From assembly GCA_044892525.1 (NCBI GenBank), contig CM097885.1:41232001-41296000 (forward strand): a stretch of 64,000 nt of DNA, read 5' to 3'. Source of the stretch: Schmidtea polychroa (taxonomy: Eukaryota). A program made the translations under genes and the position numbers. Shown here in pieces: positions 59,236 through 64,000 of the stretch (positions are counted from its first letter, which is position 1; each line of letters starts with the position of its first letter). The notes beneath the pieces are model-generated. The model was given only the letters and a program-made list of their open reading frames with translations. It did not search any database and was not told where the DNA came from.

Positions 59236-62200
59236 TATCTAATGTATATAATTTATCTATTTCATTTAGTCAAAAAGTACTCTTACAAGAAATATGAAAG
59301 CTGAATTATAAGATGATCCTAACGGTGCACCGCGGAGGTTTATTTGCTGATTGGTTGTTGAAATTGCGAGAAAGGGAAAATTCAAGATCAATCTGGATTG
59401 GTTCCTATATGTATATAATTGATAATTTTATTTTTTTGATTTCCATGCAAAACGATGGGTATTTTTTAGTAGTTAATAAAAAAGATAGCAGATAATAATT
59501 TTAGTTTTAAAATAGTATTTTAAATTTAATTTTATTTGTTTAAAATTTGATTTATATTTTTAATTAACAATGTTGGGTCAGTTTCTTGCATTTGATCGAT
59601 ATATTTTATTATTGAAGTTTAAATTTCAATTTTTCGTTTTTTATTTAAGGTTAAATATTTTTTGGTTGCAACTCTATATATATATAAGTAATTACATTTT
59701 TATTATAATGTTTTATTTATCGGTACGCATATTGTTATAGTGCTCATGATTCCAAAGTTCAAACTTTATCTATTTGCATATTATAATCTTAAAAATCAAC
59801 CAGGGTTGTGGGAATTTCGATGAACTTATAGAAAGCTTATGACTGATATATCCATTTTGGTTGAAAAGAATGGTTAGTGCCTTCGATGAAAATATTTCTG
59901 TATGGCACGCTTTGCAAGTGGACAACGTATTCAAAAGTTTAAACAAAAACACATCCAAAATTTACATGTATTAATTAACTATTAATTAACTAAAACAAAA
60001 GAATTGCATATCACTAGATTTGTACCGTCAGTTGTACGGTCATTAATAACTCTTAGACCCAAACATGAAAAAAAATTGTTTTCACTTTAAACATTTTGAT
60101 CTAATAATTTCATTTTATTTTAATAGCAGTTTAAAGTTCAATTTCTTTTACCTTAATTTTTCTTCACATTATTTATCACTATCTAGCTTTATATTTAATA
60201 TTGGTTTTCGGACCAGCCTTTGTCAATATATAAAGGCAATGGTAAAGTTTCGTGTTAAATATAAAACAAAATATTGATTTATAGTCTGTAAACAAAAAAA
60301 GGTAAAATTAATTAAAAATAAAAAAAGATCAATGGTGAAGAAAATAAAATATTTTACCGATAGTGGTCAAACATTTGAAAATTACGCAAACATGGCACAT
60401 ACTTTGCATAAATGAAAGTACTTTGAAATTTACAGTTATTTTGTGAATCGTTAAATACTAAGGAAAAGACTTTACCCATCATGAAAAAAACTTTTATTTT
60501 TTAAATATTTTTTAAACTATTAATTTTATTATTTATAAATGAGTTGCAATTAAATCCATTGACTAACATTTTTGGTAATTTTTGATTCATTAATTTCTGC
60601 ATCCTCTTGGTTTTTTCTTTTTTAAACTTCATTAAAGGTTTCGATAAAATTGTTTTGCATGGTTAATTTAGAAAATAATAAAGAAGAAAGCAAATTATAA
60701 TGAAAAAATTCTATTTATTATAATTACTTGTGGATTATACCGCGCATTATTAAAATTTGATAAAATGTTATTTTTTTATTTTAAATTATTATTGAAAATT
60801 ATTATTAAAATTTGAATATAAAATTTTATAATGACTTTGAAACCTTAATATTTTAATAGAATATTTTGGTTAATATTATTCAATTTATCTTTATTTTAAA
60901 ATCTTAATTAAAAATTTCAATAATTATTGGGAATATATAATTTGTGAAGTTTTTAATGTGCAAAATTTTGTTTTAAATATTTTGGGTTGTAAATTTTATG
61001 TATTGTTGTTTTAAATGTATTAAATTATTAGGATAATTAATAAATCAAAATTATAAAAATTATTATTGAAATATTTTAAAATCTTTAGATATATTTGTTA
61101 TAAATTAAAAAATGATATATTATTTATATTATAATTTTAAAATATTTCTATTAAAAATAAATAATTATTAAACATTGTTAATAAAATCTGTGATTTCTAT
61201 AGTTTTCATATTTTACCCGATGATGGCAAGCAAGTTGTTAAAATATATTTTAAAACGAATGTTCGAGTTGTGCTTTCTTATACTTAATTTAATTATTTTT
61301 ATTAAAAAAATTCACTAAATATGCTGAATTTGTTTTAATTATAAGCACAAATGCTCCGTTAAAAATCTACTATTTCATTAGATACTGTTTATGGGCCCTT
61401 TATCTATTTCATACAGTTATCCTTGCCTGTGCATCTATACTTCACGGTTGGTCACACTTTGAAAAAGGTTGATACATTTATCCTGTTACTTTGAAATGTG
61501 AATTTTAAATGAAGACTTTTGAACACTACCCAAGTAGTCATCAAAGCTTTTCATAACAATATGTTCAACCCAAAAATTATCGCAAGAACCAAAACGCTGT
61601 TGTTAACTCTTTTTATGTTGTCTTTTGTTCTGACCTTCATCAAATTTAGGAAATATGATGCTAGAATGCAACAAAGTGTTGTAATATTTTTTGAAGGGTG
61701 TTGTGAGCTTACAGTGAAGGAGTTGTGCATAATCATGAAATGTAGTGGAGGTTAAGGTAAAGTCGAAGGAGTGATTAGAGTATGTTGAGAAGTTTTCTTT
61801 TCTACACGACTTGAATATGATTATTTGTAAATAATATGCGGGCCCTCTTAACAAAATTTTGGTTTTGCTCTTTATATTAATTCTAATTTTTCTAATTATA
61901 TTATTAGCAATTCTTCATTTTATCTATTTAGTTTCCTCTAAAATTCATTTAAAACAAGTTTATATAAAATAAACCATCTATTAAAGGATTGAATAATTAA
62001 TTATTTATTTTTCAAGCAATTAGAGTCACCAAATGGCTTATGAAATGAGAAATAAAAGTAGAAATTTTCGTATATAAAATAGTGAAATTTTGTTATTTCC
62101 CCGATGAATAATTTTCATATAAAAATTTTCACTTATGTATAGTGATAAATAAAACAAATTTATTTAATAAAAATTATTTATCAAATTAATGAAATCGTGA

Positions 62201-62638
62201 CTTCTAACTGCAGGTTTTCTCTGGAAACATTTAGTTTTCATATTATTATTAGTTTGGCATTAAATTAAATAATATTTCTTTGATTTTACCGCGCATTATT
62301 TTCAATATCAAAATTTTAATAAATAATCATTAATAAAATTTCTAAAAATAAAATCGGAAGAATCAATCAATTAAAATAAGCCATGATTAAATTCCGAATT
62401 CAATTAAGTTTAATTATATTTCTCTTCGCTGGGAAATTCAAATTTTAATTTAACGAATAAAATTATTTATTTTCAATCAAGCACATTTAGACTGGAGAAG
62501 GGGAACTTTATTCCATGATTTTATAACTATATAATTTTTCCGCAGCTGTTCACTAATTACATTATATAAAAAGAAATTTTAGAAAAATATTAAATTTAAT
62601 TATTTCATAAATAAGTTCTTAATTTTAATTTTCTCATA

Positions 62639-62968
<330 letters not shown>

Positions 62969-62971
62969 TAC

Positions 62972-63069
<98 letters not shown>

Positions 63070-64000
63070 GTAGTAGTATAAAATATTAATTACAATTTAA
63101 AATTCATATATAAAATAACAATTATATAACAGATCAGTTTACTTCACAAGGCCCTCTAAATAATTTATCAAAAATATAACAAAATAGATTTTGAAAAAAA
63201 GAGAAAATATTAAAATTTAATGATAGAGGTCTTAAATAAATATTTTCCGTAAATAATGACTGTCTACTGATTTTTAAAGCTTTTGTGAATTACAAAATAG
63301 TAATTATTTCTTGGTAGATGATTAGTAAATGATGATTTCTATAGGAATATTTCATTGTCAATTACTGGTTTATACGTAATTACAATAGGAATTCTGGACT
63401 GAAAACATTATTAGACTTAATTAAATAATTTTTTCAATCAAAAATTTTTCTTTGTCATATTTATTGTAATTGTTAGTATTTATGTAATGGTAAAAATTAA
63501 TAATTGCAAAATAGATCACAAACGCGAGGAAACAATCAAAAGTAAAATAGTTTATGACTGACTTCATGTTTGAATAATTGTTTTCTTCTCGGCGGCTGTG
63601 ATCCTGACCATGATCAGACTTTAAGAAACTAGATACTGTTGATTAATACAAGGTAAGATTTACTTGGGAAAGGGGCTAAATTATCAAGTTTTAAATTATC
63701 AGACATTTTATCAAGTAAATTTAAAATGTCTGATGGTTTTTTTTAAGCATTTGTTGAAATTTCGGTAATTAAACTAGTATTAATATAATTAGAAAATTTT
63801 TGTCCTGAATGTTTAAAATAAGAATAGTAACATAAGCGGCGTCAAAAAAGAAATTATTGACAATAAAATCTGATGGTTTAAGGGTCTGATATATATTATA
63901 TTATGGAGGAAAGGATATTGTGTAAATGAATATTATGTAATTGTTGTCAAATAGGAATTTGTAGAGTCCAGCAGCGTTAGTGTGTGTTAAATTTATAACT

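Overview
AT-rich eukaryotic genomic DNA (host not identifiable from this window) dominated by mobile elements. The centrepiece is a three-layer nest. (1) An apparently intact 15.2-kb Polinton/Maverick (adintovirus-like) endogenous virus lies at 21173-36380, with ~260-bp TIRs and a 6-bp TSD (AATAAT). It encodes pPolB, major and minor capsid proteins, a packaging ATPase, an adenain-like protease, a pX-like core protein and a zinc finger-PLA2-integrase fusion. (2) It is inserted in the left arm of a non-coding, almost wholly palindromic ~16.6-kb element (14506-46339) with Polinton-type AGTAG...CTACT ends and a 6-bp TSD (AATACT). (3) That element splits the RT domain of a decayed Ty3/Gypsy retrotransposon. 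The virus also carries three tRNA-like Pol III-type units, a candidate structured RNA, a stand-alone duplicate of the pPolB C-terminus, and TIRs that are themselves bounded by inverted repeats. The flanks contain a 1.2-kb Polinton-type mini element, Penelope-like remnants, candidate U3:A8 minimal hammerhead ribozymes, Gypsy, BEL/Pao, Tc1/mariner and hAT remnants, several MITEs, a DDX6/Dhh1 pseudogene and many (TAA)n/(TA)n microsatellites. All family assignments are by motif recognition; no searches were run.
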